Source of the DNA: Phycisphaerae bacterium
GTDB taxonomy: Bacteria; Planctomycetota; Phycisphaerae; UBA1845; Fen-1342
Direction of reading: 5' to 3'
NCBI GenBank assembly: GCA_050115495.1
Contig: JASFQK010000025.1
Span: 1 to 64,000, forward strand
DNA length: 64,000 nucleotides
The position numbers and the translations under genes were made by a program. Within the stretch, counting starts at the first letter, position 1. Each line of letters starts with the position of its first letter. The notes below the pieces were generated by a model. That model was not told the DNA's origin, did not search any database, and saw nothing but the letters and a program-made list of their open reading frames with translations. This document shows positions 32,182-43,100 of the stretch, one piece after another.

Positions 32182-33384
32182 ATGAATATTCTGGTCACGT
32201 GTGAGCTGCCCGAGTTCGCCCTGGAGCAACTGCGCAGCCTCGGCTCCGTCGTCGACTACAAACCGCAACTGCCCCCCGAGCAACTGCGCGACGCCATCCC
32301 CGGCATCAGCGTACTCGTCGTCGATTCGCGACGGGTCTCGCCGGAGACCATCGCCCGCGGCGACATGCTCCAGATGATCGTCCGGGCCGGGGCCGGTCCG
32401 GGCGACGTCGCCGTCGAGGAGGCATCCGCGCAGGGCGTCTTCGTCACCCACTGCCCGACACAGCACGCCGTCGCCGTCGCCGAACTGACCTTCGGCCTGC
32501 TGCTGGCCCTCGATCGGCGGATCCTGGACATGACCGAGGCCACGCATGAAGGACGCTGGGTCCGCGGCAAGTTCAAGGATGCCCGCGGCCTCGCCGGCCG
32601 GACGCTCGGTGTCCTCGGGTACGGCGCGGCCGGGCGCGAAGTGGCCCGGCGGGCGACGGCTTTCGGCATGAAGGTGCTGGCCTGGTGCCCGACGCTGGCG
32701 GCTGAGGCCCCGCACGAGCCGGGTATCACGTTCTGCAACTGGCCACGCGAACTGGCCCGCCAGAGCGATTTCGTAACCGTTCACGTCCCCCCTGGGCCCG
32801 AGGAACGCATCGCCCTGGTCGACACCGAGTTCCTGGAGAGCATGCGACCGGGCGCCTGCCTGGTGCACGTGGGCCATCCAACCGCCGAAGAGGAGGCCGC
32901 CCTGGCCGACGCGGTGACCCGCCGGGGCCTGCGCGTCGCCCTGGACGCATACGGGGCGGCTCCGACGGCGGATTCGGCCCGGTACCGCTGCCCGCTGGCC
33001 GATCTGCCCGGGACGATCGTCACCCAGCACCAGGGCCCGCTGACGGAGCAGGCTCAGCACGCCATCGCGGCTGAGGTCGTCCGCATCGCGCGGTCGTTCA
33101 TCGTTTCAGGGGACATCACGAATTGCCTGAACCTATTGGAGCGGAGCCCGGCGACATGGCAGCTCGTGCTGCGGGCCCGGGATGCGGTGGGCGTCATGGC
33201 CTCGATTCTGGAGGCGGTGCGTGCCGATGGCATCAACGTCGAGGAGATTTCCAGCCGCGTCTTCCTCGGAGCCCGGGCGGCCTGGTGCACGGTGGCCCTG
33301 GACGAACGTCCGAGTAATGAGGCCCTGGAAGCTATCCGCTCGCTCGACGAGGTGCTATACTTGGAACTTCGTGCCGTGGTCTGA
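32182..33384 (+). CDS. D-2-hydroxyacid/phosphoglycerate dehydrogenase-like protein with C-terminal ACT domain (degenerate active site)
   Basis: RAGAG, AVAE, Rossmann GYGAAG, VHVP and an ACT-like tail. Expected ARG and EP motifs are replaced. Confidence 0.8.
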   Translation: MNILVTCELPEFALEQLRSLGSVVDYKPQLPPEQLRDAIPGISVLVVDSRRVSPETIARGDMLQMIVRAGAGPGDVAVEEASAQGVFVTHCPTQHAVAVAELTFGLLLALDRRILDMTEATHEGRWVRGKFKDARGLAGRTLGVLGYGAAGREVARRATAFGMKVLAWCPTLAAEAPHEPGITFCNWPRELARQSDFVTVHVPPGPEERIALVDTEFLESMRPGACLVHVGHPTAEEEAALADAVTRRGLRVALDAYGAAPTADSARYRCPLADLPGTIVTQHQGPLTEQAQHAIAAEVVRIARSFIVSGDITNCLNLLERSPATWQLVLRARDAVGVMASILEAVRADGINVEEISSRVFLGARAAWCTVALDERPSNEALEAIRSLDEVLYLELRAVV

Positions 33385-33503
33385 GCGCGAAGCCGTGGCC
33401 GGTGTTCCAAACAGCGCAGGAAGTCGTGCGGAACCTGGGCCGGCGTGGCCGGTATAAGAGGGCGGAAATAGCCGGCGCCCGCGTCGGCCAGGGAGTATGT
33501 GTC

Positions 33504-34607
33504 GTGCGAGAGCCAGTCTCCGGTCGCAGCCGAGCATGGAATCTGCTGTTTCCGCTCATTCTGGCGGCGACGGCCGCCGCCCAGGAACCGGTCGGCGAGA
33601 GGGACGTCCAGCGCGAGCCGCTCTGTGCCGAGGTCGCGACGACCCACCACCTGCTTCCCACCAACCAGCCCATTTGGATACGGTTTACCCTGCGCAATAC
33701 ATCCGATGAGCCCGTCCGCATTCCCCTGCCGGCGGGAGCGGCCACCAACGGCGGCATCGCCCTTCCCGCCGAAGTCGTCTTCGGCAGTGCGGACTCGCCG
33801 GCCCTGACCATCACGTACGAAGCCGAGCGTCCGGCCACCATCACGCCGCCGACGCCGGAAGAACCGGTCGGCGGAACCGACGTCCTCGTGCTGGCGCCGC
33901 GCGGCTCGATCGGCACCGAGATCGATCTGCGCGAGCACTTCCTCGGCTTGCGCTATGCTGGTCACTACCGGCTTGAATGGAGTCCGCTCGACGGACGGCT
34001 CGAGCCGGCGGTCGTGGAGTTCCGCGTCGAGCCCCGCAAGGAAGCCATCCTCGTCACCGACAAGGGCAAGATCACCTTCACGCTCGCCTACGACACCGCC
34101 CCGCGCAACGTCGAGAACTTCCTCGACCTGGTTCGCGAGGGTTTCTACGACGGCAAGACGATCCACCGCGTCATCCCCGGGTTCCTCTTCCAGGGTGGCT
34201 GCTCCAAGGGCGACGGCTCGGGCGTGCGGCCCGACGGCAAGCTGATCCCCGCCGAATTCAGCGACGCCCCGTTCGTGCTCGGTACGCTGGCGATGGCCCG
34301 CAAGCCGTCGGACCCGAACTCCGCGAGCTGCCAGTTCCTCGTGACGCTGGCCCGCGCGCCCGAGCTGGACGGCGAATACACCATCATCGGCCAGGCCACC
34401 GACGAAGAAAGCATGCGGACCCTGGCACAGATCGCCGCCGAACCGACTGATGGGAAATGGCGCCCGCGGCTTCCGCTCGTGATCCGCTCGATCAACCTGG
34501 TGGACGTGGATCAGTCCAGCGTCACCCACCTCGAGTTGAAGGGCAACAAACCCACGGCGCCCGCGACATCGACACCGGCGGCCGAGACCGAGCACGAAGA
34601 GCCCTGA
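33504..34607 (+). CDS. Secreted cyclophilin-type peptidyl-prolyl isomerase with N-terminal Ig-like domain
   Basis: APRNVENF, GFYDG, HRVIPGFLFQGG, GTLAMAR, NSASCQF. Signal peptide ending AAAQ. Start codon uncertain (GTG at 33504). Confidence 0.88.
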   Translation: MREPVSGRSRAWNLLFPLILAATAAAQEPVGERDVQREPLCAEVATTHHLLPTNQPIWIRFTLRNTSDEPVRIPLPAGAATNGGIALPAEVVFGSADSPALTITYEAERPATITPPTPEEPVGGTDVLVLAPRGSIGTEIDLREHFLGLRYAGHYRLEWSPLDGRLEPAVVEFRVEPRKEAILVTDKGKITFTLAYDTAPRNVENFLDLVREGFYDGKTIHRVIPGFLFQGGCSKGDGSGVRPDGKLIPAEFSDAPFVLGTLAMARKPSDPNSASCQFLVTLARAPELDGEYTIIGQATDEESMRTLAQIAAEPTDGKWRPRLPLVIRSINLVDVDQSSVTHLELKGNKPTAPATSTPAAETEHEEP

Positions 34608-34633
34608 GCTTAACCGGTCCGGCGCACTCCCCC

Positions 34634-35080
34634 CTACCGCCCGCCACCCCAGTCTCCGTACAGGTATTCGTGCAGGTAGCGGATCGTCTGCTGGTGCTCG
34701 GCCTCGGTGACTTCGAGGATGTCGCCGATGGAGACGATGCCGTGCAGGCGTTCACCCTCGACGACCGGCAGGTGCCGGATGCGTCGCTGGCGCATCACGG
34801 CGCGGCATTCGGCCCAGGTGGTGGCCGGCGTGCAGCAGGCGACCGGCGCGGTCATGACGTCGCGGACGTGAATGGACATCGGATCTCGCCGGGCGGCGAC
34901 GACCCGGCAGAGGATGTCGCGCTCGGTGAAAATGCCCACGACCTTGTCGCCGGCGGTGACGACCAGGCCGCCGATGCGGTGGTCGTTCATGAGGCTCGCG
35001 GCCTCGTGCACGGTGGCGTCAACGGACACACTGTGCACCCGCGTGCCCTTCTTCTCCAGAATGTCACGAACGGTGGCCAT
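34634..35080 (-). CDS. CBS domain pair protein
   Basis: GIFTERD, VRDVMT, RHLPVV, GIVSIGD. Confidence 0.93.
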   Translation of the reverse strand: MATVRDILEKKGTRVHSVSVDATVHEAASLMNDHRIGGLVVTAGDKVVGIFTERDILCRVVAARRDPMSIHVRDVMTAPVACCTPATTWAECRAVMRQRRIRHLPVVEGERLHGIVSIGDILEVTEAEHQQTIRYLHEYLYGDWGGGR

Positions 35081-35168
35081 CGCTGTCCCCTTGTGGTGAA
35101 ATCGCCGCATCGGCGGTGCGGCTCGGCCCGAAACTGACAGGGGAACCCGGCGGGCGCAGGCGGACGAC

Positions 35169-36038
35169 TCAGGGCGCTGCGGGCGATCCCGCGGCGGTAT
35201 CCGCCGGCGTGGCGGCGGGTACGCCCGTCGCCATCCACCGGGCCTCGTTCTCCTGGATGATAGGCGCGAGATAGCCGCGGACGAACGGCCGGTAGACCCA
35301 GCCCAGGTGGCCGCCGGCATTGCCGTATCGCCGCCAGAGCTCGGCGTTCCAGGCCACCTGCCGCAGCCGGCGGGCGTAAAGGGTCTTGCCGGCAGCGTCC
35401 AGACCCTCGGGCGGGCGGAAGCCCACCGCCCCGGCCGCGGGGCCCAGCTCCCGGTCGATCGTCCCGAACATGCTCGTGCCCGCCTTGAGCAGGAACACGT
35501 CGTTCGCCGAGTAGAAGTTGACCAGACGCGTGCGTACGTGCCGCAGGGCGCTGGTCAGGTCGTACTCCGGCGAGAGGGCCGGGGCCAACAACAGGGCCAT
35601 CTCGACCTCGCGACCGGCGGGCAATGCTTCGAGCCCGAGCACCGTCACACCCCCACCGCCCGAATGGCCGATGATGTACACCGGCCGGCCCGGAAACTCG
35701 CGCTGGTAGTCGAGGATGCGCGTGGCCAGGCGGCTGCCTTCCCGGCGATTGCGTTCGAGGTCCATGAGGTTCTGCATGTAGCCCCCGGGCACGGTCGACG
35801 TCCAGTCCCACACCTCGACCGCCGACGCCACCCCGCCTTGCTCCAGGCCCAGGGCGACCTCGCGATCGGTGAAGCTCGGGCCGACAATGCCCGGCAGGAC
35901 CAGCACCAGGCCGTACGCGTAACGCTGCGGTGCGGCCAGCCGCCGGGGCGGTTCGGCGCAGCCGGCGAGTGTCAGGCCGCCGATCAGCAGCAGCAGACCG
36001 CAACCCGGAGCACGGTGGTGCGTGAGCAGCCGCCTCAT
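35169..36038 (-). CDS. Lipoprotein alpha/beta hydrolase
   Basis: Lipobox LAGC, LPG oxyanion segment, GHSGG nucleophile, GGH. Confidence 0.85.
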   Translation of the reverse strand: MRRLLTHHRAPGCGLLLLIGGLTLAGCAEPPRRLAAPQRYAYGLVLVLPGIVGPSFTDREVALGLEQGGVASAVEVWDWTSTVPGGYMQNLMDLERNRREGSRLATRILDYQREFPGRPVYIIGHSGGGGVTVLGLEALPAGREVEMALLLAPALSPEYDLTSALRHVRTRLVNFYSANDVFLLKAGTSMFGTIDRELGPAAGAVGFRPPEGLDAAGKTLYARRLRQVAWNAELWRRYGNAGGHLGWVYRPFVRGYLAPIIQENEARWMATGVPAATPADTAAGSPAAP

Positions 36039-36053
36039 GTCAGCCCCTCGCCG

Positions 36054-36563
36054 TCAACCGCGTGACCAGGACGGTCCGTGCATCCCGTGCCGCTGCGCCA
36101 GGGGCACGATGAACGTGGCCAGTGCCGCCACCAGTGCTCCCGTCAGAGACAGCACCAACGCCGACACGAGCAGTCCGCCCAGACCGGCGCCGGTGGCATC
36201 GAGCACGTAGCGCAGGTGCAGACCAAGCAGTACCTGCCCCGGCAGCGCCGCCAGAAAGCAGATCGCCAGTCGTATCCACCACAGCGTGCCGTTGACGCGC
36301 TCGCGCAGCACGGTCAGGAAATACGCGGTCAGCCCGAGCGCAAACGCGTGCGCCCCCAGCGGGCCCTCGGTCATCAGGTCGACACCGAAGCCGATGATCC
36401 AACCGGCCAGCCGCGCCTCGGCGAGCGGTGCGGCCAGCCCGTAGATCAGGGCCAGGGCGAGCAGCAGATCGACGCCGTACGGACTCGCCAGACCCAGCCA
36501 GTGCAGGCCGGTTTGCAGCACGAGCGATACCAGCAGCGCTGCCAGCAGTCCCAGCCAGGTCAT
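36054..36563 (-). CDS. mreD: Rod shape-determining protein MreD-like membrane protein
   Basis: 169 aa with ~5 TMs; LQT...DLLL...GWIIGFGVDL...PLGAHA pattern. ATGA overlap with the upstream lipoprotein. Confidence 0.7.
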   Translation of the reverse strand: MTWLGLLAALLVSLVLQTGLHWLGLASPYGVDLLLALALIYGLAAPLAEARLAGWIIGFGVDLMTEGPLGAHAFALGLTAYFLTVLRERVNGTLWWIRLAICFLAALPGQVLLGLHLRYVLDATGAGLGGLLVSALVLSLTGALVAALATFIVPLAQRHGMHGPSWSRG

Positions 36564-37177
36564 GGTGCCGGGCTCGCCGGCGGCGGCTCCGCGTTGGCCG
36601 GCTCATTCGGCTCCGCCGGCCGATAGCCGATGGGGACGGGCACACGGAAGCGACGCGGCGTACCCTCGATCACCCGTTGGTCCAGCCGCTCATAGCCGAA
36701 GACGATCTCGACCTGCTTGCCGACGAGGTCGACGCCCGCCGGCCAGCGCAGGGGGAACCCGTACTGGTAGCCCAGCTTCCGCTCGTAGCGGACGCGCCAC
36801 TGCATCGCGTCGTGCTCGTTCATTTCCCAGCCGTGGACGAAGTCGCGCGTGTAGCGTCCGTCCGAGCCGCGCTGCACCGTGTACAACCAGACGAGAACCT
36901 TCCCGGGGACGAACGCCCCGCGCTCGGTCGCCGCCGAGTGGAAGAAGACCGAGGACTTGAAGCCAATGACGATGCCGTCGTTGTCGCGCAGCCAGGGGTC
37001 GCGGGCGTAGAAGCAATAGACGGCGGTGATGTCGTCGTGCGTCTTGATGCGGTGCACGTCGATCTCACCCATGCCCTGTCCGCCGCCGGACGGCGCGGTA
37101 CAGGCCGACAACCCCAACAGGCAGGCGGCCGCGAGCGCGACCGCAACGCAGTTTCGGCAAGACGTCAACGTGGGCAC
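36560..37177 (-). CDS. Lipoprotein of unknown function (pilotin candidate)
   Basis: Lipobox LSAC; GGAGG and GTG start 12 bp after the secretin stop. Confidence 0.75.
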   Translation of the reverse strand: MPTLTSCRNCVAVALAAACLLGLSACTAPSGGGQGMGEIDVHRIKTHDDITAVYCFYARDPWLRDNDGIVIGFKSSVFFHSAATERGAFVPGKVLVWLYTVQRGSDGRYTRDFVHGWEMNEHDAMQWRVRYERKLGYQYGFPLRWPAGVDLVGKQVEIVFGYERLDQRVIEGTPRRFRVPVPIGYRPAEPNEPANAEPPPASPAP

Positions 37178-37189
37178 GGCGGCCTCCGG

Positions 37190-40100
37190 CTAGTCCTTGC
37201 TGGCAAACAGGCTCATCGGCACATCGTACGAGTTCGGGTCGTAACGCAGCCCCAGGTCCCGCGGCTCGAGCCGGACCGGCGGCAGCGGACCGTACTGCTC
37301 CTCTTCGGTGCCCTGATCGGTGGGCTCACCGCTGCGATAGGGCCCCAGCAATTCGCCGCCGTCGACCGGCATGAGCTCTTCCGGGCGAACGCGCAGGCCG
37401 CGCATCAGTGGATCGGTCTTCACCTTGTCCGGGATGATGCCGGCATGGTCGCGGGCCTCGATGGAAAGCTCGCGGTAATCCTCGACGGTGCGCACCACGC
37501 GCGGCGTCAGGATGACCAGCAGCTCCGAGCGCTTGTGGTCGTCGGTCTGGAATCGGAACAGCGGCCCGAGCAGCGGCAGGTCGCCCACCAGGGGCACCTT
37601 CTGCTCGGTCTTCGACTCGCGCGTCTGGATCAGGCCACCGAGCACCACCGTCTCGTTGTCCTGCACGGTGACCACGGTCTCGGCGACGCGCTCGTTGAAG
37701 ATGGGGGCGGTCAGGCCCTGGCCGACGGCGATCGTCGAATCGCTCAGGTCCGACACTTCCTGGCGGATCTCGAGGCGGACGTAGCCGTCGGGGTTAATCT
37801 GCGGCGTGACCTCGAGCTTGATACCGACGTCGGAGCGCTGCACCGAGGTCGAGATCTGCCCGCCGGTGGTGGTCTGCGTCCCGGTCACGTAGGGCACGCT
37901 GTCGGTGACGCTGATGCTGGCCGGCTGGTTGTCCATGGCCACGATGTGCGGGCGGCTGAGCACGTTCAGGCTGTTCTCGCTCTGCAACGTGTGCAGCAGG
38001 AAGTTGAAGTCACGCCCGGTGATCGTGAAGGTGAACCCGCCGAGACCGGCCCCGGCGGCGCCCACGTCGGTCCCGCCGACGTAGTCGAACGTCGTCGTGT
38101 CGTCGAGCCCGGCTTTGACGTACTGGAGATCCTGGAAGGCGAACTCGACGCCCAGCTCGAGCGAGTTGCCCATGGACACCTCGACGATCAGCACCTCGAT
38201 GCTGACCTGCGGCGGGCACTGGTCGAGCTCGCGCACCATGCGCAGGATCTCCTCCTCGCGCCGCGGGCTATAGCTGAGGATGATGCGGTTCGAGGCCTCG
38301 TAGGCGATCGCCCCGACCTCGCTCTCCTGCCGGACGGCCAGCGAGATGTCCTCGCCCAGCTCGTCCAGCCGCTGCTGCTCCTGGTCGCTCCAGTCCTTCA
38401 CGGCGGTGGCCAGGTCGGCCGCCACCATGTTCCGCGGCGGATAGACGATCGTCTTGCGATCGACCATCGGCACCGTGTCCAGTTGCAGGATTAACTGCTC
38501 GACCAGGTCGAGATAGCCGGGCGTGCCGGCGGCGATCACCGAGTTCGTCCGCATGTCGGTGGTGAAGCTCACTTCTTCACGCCCACCGCCCGCTCCGCCG
38601 CCGAGCGTCAGCTCACGCTCCGATTCGTCGCTGCCGCTGCGGCTCCCGCCGGACTGGCCGGCCGTCCGCCGCTCGAACAGCTCGTTGAGCATGTTGACCG
38701 TTTCCTCGGCGTCGGCGTTCTTCAGGGCGAAGATGCGAATGCGGGCCGCGTCGGGCGGCACGTCGATCACCGCCACCAGCGACTCCATCAGGGGCATGCT
38801 CTCCGGCGGCGCGATGATCACGAGCGAGTTCGTCCGCAGGTCACCGATGACGGTGACGTCGCCGCGCATGGCCTTCAGCGTCTCCAGGCCCTCGCCGGGA
38901 TTCTCACGCTGGAAGAGCAGCATGACCTGCTTCTCGTTCGCCTGCGTCGAGCGGCCGCTGCTGCCGCCGCTGCTGCCACCCACCGAGCCGCCACGACCTT
39001 CGAGAATGTTGCTCAGCACGTCGCTGGCTGACTCGGCATCCGTCTGCTCCAGCTTGAAGATCCGCACGATCGCCCCGGTGCCCGGATCGGTGTCGTCCAG
39101 ACGCCGCGCGAAGTCGGCGATTTCGGCCACCAGGGCCGGCGGACCGAAGGCCACGACCGAATTCGTCGAGGGATCCGACGTTACGGAGACGTCGACGTCG
39201 TTGTCGCCGACGTTTTTGAAGATGGTCTCCGCCGCCTTGGCGACGTCCTCCGCCGAACCACGCCGCAGCGGCACGATCTTCATCATGCGGCCAAGCTCGT
39301 TGGGCCGATCCAGCAGATCGACCCAGCGGTCCAGGTTCACCATGTCCTCCGCCGACGCCGCCATCAACAGGCTTTCCGAGAGCGGATCGGAGGCGATGTG
39401 GATCGGCGTACCCTTGAGGTTCGAGTCCTGCTCCTTGAGCGCCGTGTCGACCAGGTCCTGGAGCAGCGTGGCGATGTTCGCCGCGCTGTTCAGCTTGATC
39501 GGCCGCACCTTCATGACCACCGTCGGGTCGAACTGCTGGTCGAGGTTGTCGATCAGCGCCTCGGCCTCGGCCAGGTAGTCACGCGTGCCGGTCAGGATCA
39601 GCGAATTGCTCCGCGCGTCGGCGATGACGCTGAGCACGTCCTTCGCCTCGGAAGACTGCTCCTTCTCGGCGTCCTTCTTGCGGTCGAAGAGCTCTTCGAG
39701 CAGCCCGGCGAGCTTCTGGGCGTCGGCGTGGCCCAGCCGCCGGTAGCGCGTCGCCACCACACGGTACGGGTCCGGCGCGTCCAGCTCCATCGCCAGCTCC
39801 TCGATCATGTCGTACACGTCGCGGGTGGCGAAGACGACCAGCCGATTCGAGCGGTCGTCGGGGATGATCACGGCGTTGTCCCGTGACTCGTTCTTGCCAC
39901 CCAGAGCCTGCGTGCGCTGCTCCAGCAGGTCGCTCAGCTTCTCCTGGAGCGACGTGGCCGGGATGTTCTTCAGCTCGATCACGTACGCCCGCATGCCCAG
40001 TTCCTGCGTGGGCTTGTCCAGTTCGGCGATCAGGCCGGCCGCCAGCAGCACCGCGTCCTGCCGCCCGATGACGATCACCGTGTTGCTGCGCACGTCGTGC

Positions 40101-43100
40101 TGCACCACCACGTTGTAGGGCAGACCCTTGCCAGTCACGCCCGGCGGCACCGGCGGCAACACGCCTTCTTTGAAGCCCTGGCTGTCGCCCTCGCTGGGCC
40201 GCATCAGCGGGCTCTTGTCCTTGAACACTTCCTCGAGCAGGCTGGCCACGTCCTCGGCGCTCGCGTATTGCAGCGAGATCGCCCGCAGCTCCGTCTCCGC
40301 TCCGATCGGCAGCGTGTCGAACACCTGCACGATCTCGGTGAGGGCCTCGTTGTTCTTCGGCGTCGAGAAGATGATCAGCGAGTTCGTGCCTTCCTCGGCG
40401 ACGATGCGGATCGGCCGCTCCAAATCGAGCTCGGGCAGCTCGCGCCCGTCCGGCATCCGCAGCTTGATGACGCTCACGTACGGCTTGGCGGCCCGGTCAC
40501 CGCCGCTGCTCGCCTCGCGGGCGGCATCCTGCTCCGCCTCGATCATGTCGGTCAGCACCTTGGCGATGTCCGTGGCCTGACCGTTCTGGAGCTGGATAAG
40601 CATGGCGTCAGCCCGCACGAAGCTCGCCCGGGCCTCGTCATCCTTGATCTCCACGTCGTACGCTTCGAGCATGCGCTCGATGTCGGCCACGTCCTGCAGC
40701 GTACCCACGACGAACACGCTGTTCGAACGGTCGTCGGCCTCGATCGTGGCCTGCGATTCCTTGGGCACCTCGCGCTGGTCGTTCAACTTCTCGATGATCG
40801 GCCGCAACTTGGCCACGGCCTCCGACGCCCGCACGTGCTGCAACGGCACGCAGCGGAAGTCGGTCCGGTCCGTCGGATCCAGATCCAGCTTCTCGATGAG
40901 CTCGGCGATCTGCTCCATGATCGTCTCCGAGGCGGCGACGATCAGGGCGTTGCTGCGACCCTCGGCGTTGATGCTGAACTGCTCGTCGATGCCGGTGACG
41001 TCGATGCGAGCCTTGATGGCCGTCTCGATGACCGGGGCCAGGGCCGTCGCCTTGGCGTTGTTCACGTAGAAGACCTCGACGAGGGCCTGCGGCGCGGTCG
41101 CCTCCATCATGATCAGAATCTGCTCGATGAAGTCGATGTCGGTTTCGTCGCCCGAGAGAATGACCTGGTGGTCATCGATGGCCGTGACAATCACGTCGCC
41201 GCGCAATTCGCCGCTGATACCGGTGATGCCCTCGACGACGGGCTGCGTCTGCGGCGCGTCGGTGACCGGCTCTTCGGCGGCCGGCTTCGGCGTCGCCTTG
41301 ACCGGCGTCGTTCGGACGGGCGCCGGCTGGGCCTTCGGCTGTTTGTCCGCTCCGGCGCGGGGCCGCTGGGGGCGAGCCGGCGTCGTGCCGCGCGGTCGCG
41401 GCTTCGGCCCGGCCTGCGGTGGGTCATCCTCGCTGTCGTCGCTCAGCCACTGCCCCACCAGCGCCGCCCCAACGCTCGGCTGGAGCATCGTGACGCTGAC
41501 GTATGGCGCCAGGCCCGCCGGCGTCGGTGCCGGCCAGAGCGACTCGCGCGTCTCGCGCATGTTCGGCCAGGTGGCGTCGCCGCGGCCGCGCGACCGGCGG
41601 GACGACCCGCCCGAGCGCGTCGGCGTGCTGCGCGAACCGCCCGACGAGCCGCGGCGCTGCTGCAACTCGTTGATGAGATTCTGCACGTCCTGTGCAGAAC
41701 GTCCGCGCAACTGAATGACGCGCGTTACCTGGCGATCAGCCTTAACCGCAGCGAGCTGGTCCACCACCATCTGAACGCGTCCGAACAGGATCTGGTCGCC
41801 GCCGACCATCAGAGTATTCGTGTAGAGCTCGGGTTCCACCGACACGCGACGCGCCGTACGGCCCGTGCGCTCGGCGTCCTGCTCCTCGCTTTCGTTGACG
41901 ATGCGCTCGACGTTAGTGGCCAGCCGCTCGACGTCCTGACCCAGCGGCACCTTGATCACGGCGATGTTCGGGCTGATTACATCCGGGTGGTCGAAGCGCT
42001 CGACGAGTCCGCGAATCTCCTCGATGTCACGCGGCGTGCCACGCACGACCAGCGTCTGGTTGTTGTCAAAGGGGACCATCTGCGGGCCCGTGCTCTCGCC
42101 GGCCGCCCCGCGTCCACCGCTGCCCCGCCCACGACTGCTGCCACCGCTCTGCTCGCGCTGGTCGATGAACTGCCAGATGAACGAGGCGATCTCCGTCGGC
42201 TTGACGTTCTCCACGGGGATGGTCGCGATCTGGAACTGGATCGATTCCTCATACATGTCGATGACCTTCTCGGCCACGAAGTCAATATCATCCGACCGGC
42301 CGAAGACCATCACGGCATTGGTGCTCACGTCCGCGGTGGCCTGTACATCCAGCTCCCGCGCGGACATCGACGTACCGCCACCCATCATGCTCATCATGCC
42401 CCGGCCGCCGCCGCGGCGCATCGAGCCGGCACTTTCGCTGGAGCCGCCGGAGGCGTAGCTGTTGATCGCCTCGGCGACGACTTCGGCGTCGGCCTTGTCG
42501 AGCACGAAGACGCGGAAGTCACGCCGCATGTCGGCCGGCGTCTCCACGTCGATCGTAGCCAGCACGCTCTCCACGAAAGCGAACGTCTGCTGCGAGCCGA
42601 CGACGATGATGCTCTTGGTGCGCGTATCGGGCACCACGGTGAACGGGTCGAAGCCGAGCTCCATGCTGCGACCGCCGCCGCGCCCGCTGAAGCTGTTCAT
42701 CTGCACGAACTGCATGAGCGCGTCCTGCAGCGTGGCTACCAGCGACTCGGGGTCGGCGTATTGCACCGCGAAGCGGCGAAGCTGCATGCCCTCGTTCGGC
42801 TGATCCAGCGTGGCGACGACGTCCTCGATCTGGAGGAAGGTGGGATCGGGGGCGCGCACGAGGAGCTTCTTCGAGTTCTTGTCGCCGATGATGACGAGGG
42901 AACCGCCGGTGCTGCCACTACTACCACGCGGTCCGCGGCGGCTGCTGGTCGCCGCGCCGGTGCCGCCGAACATCTCCAGCAGCTTGTCGGCGAGCTCTTC
43001 CGGATTGGCGTAGATGACGTCGATTTCGCGGATATCGCGCTTGTCGCCCAGATCGAGCTCCTCGATCTTCTCCAGGACGATCGCCCGCTTGTCGGGCGTA

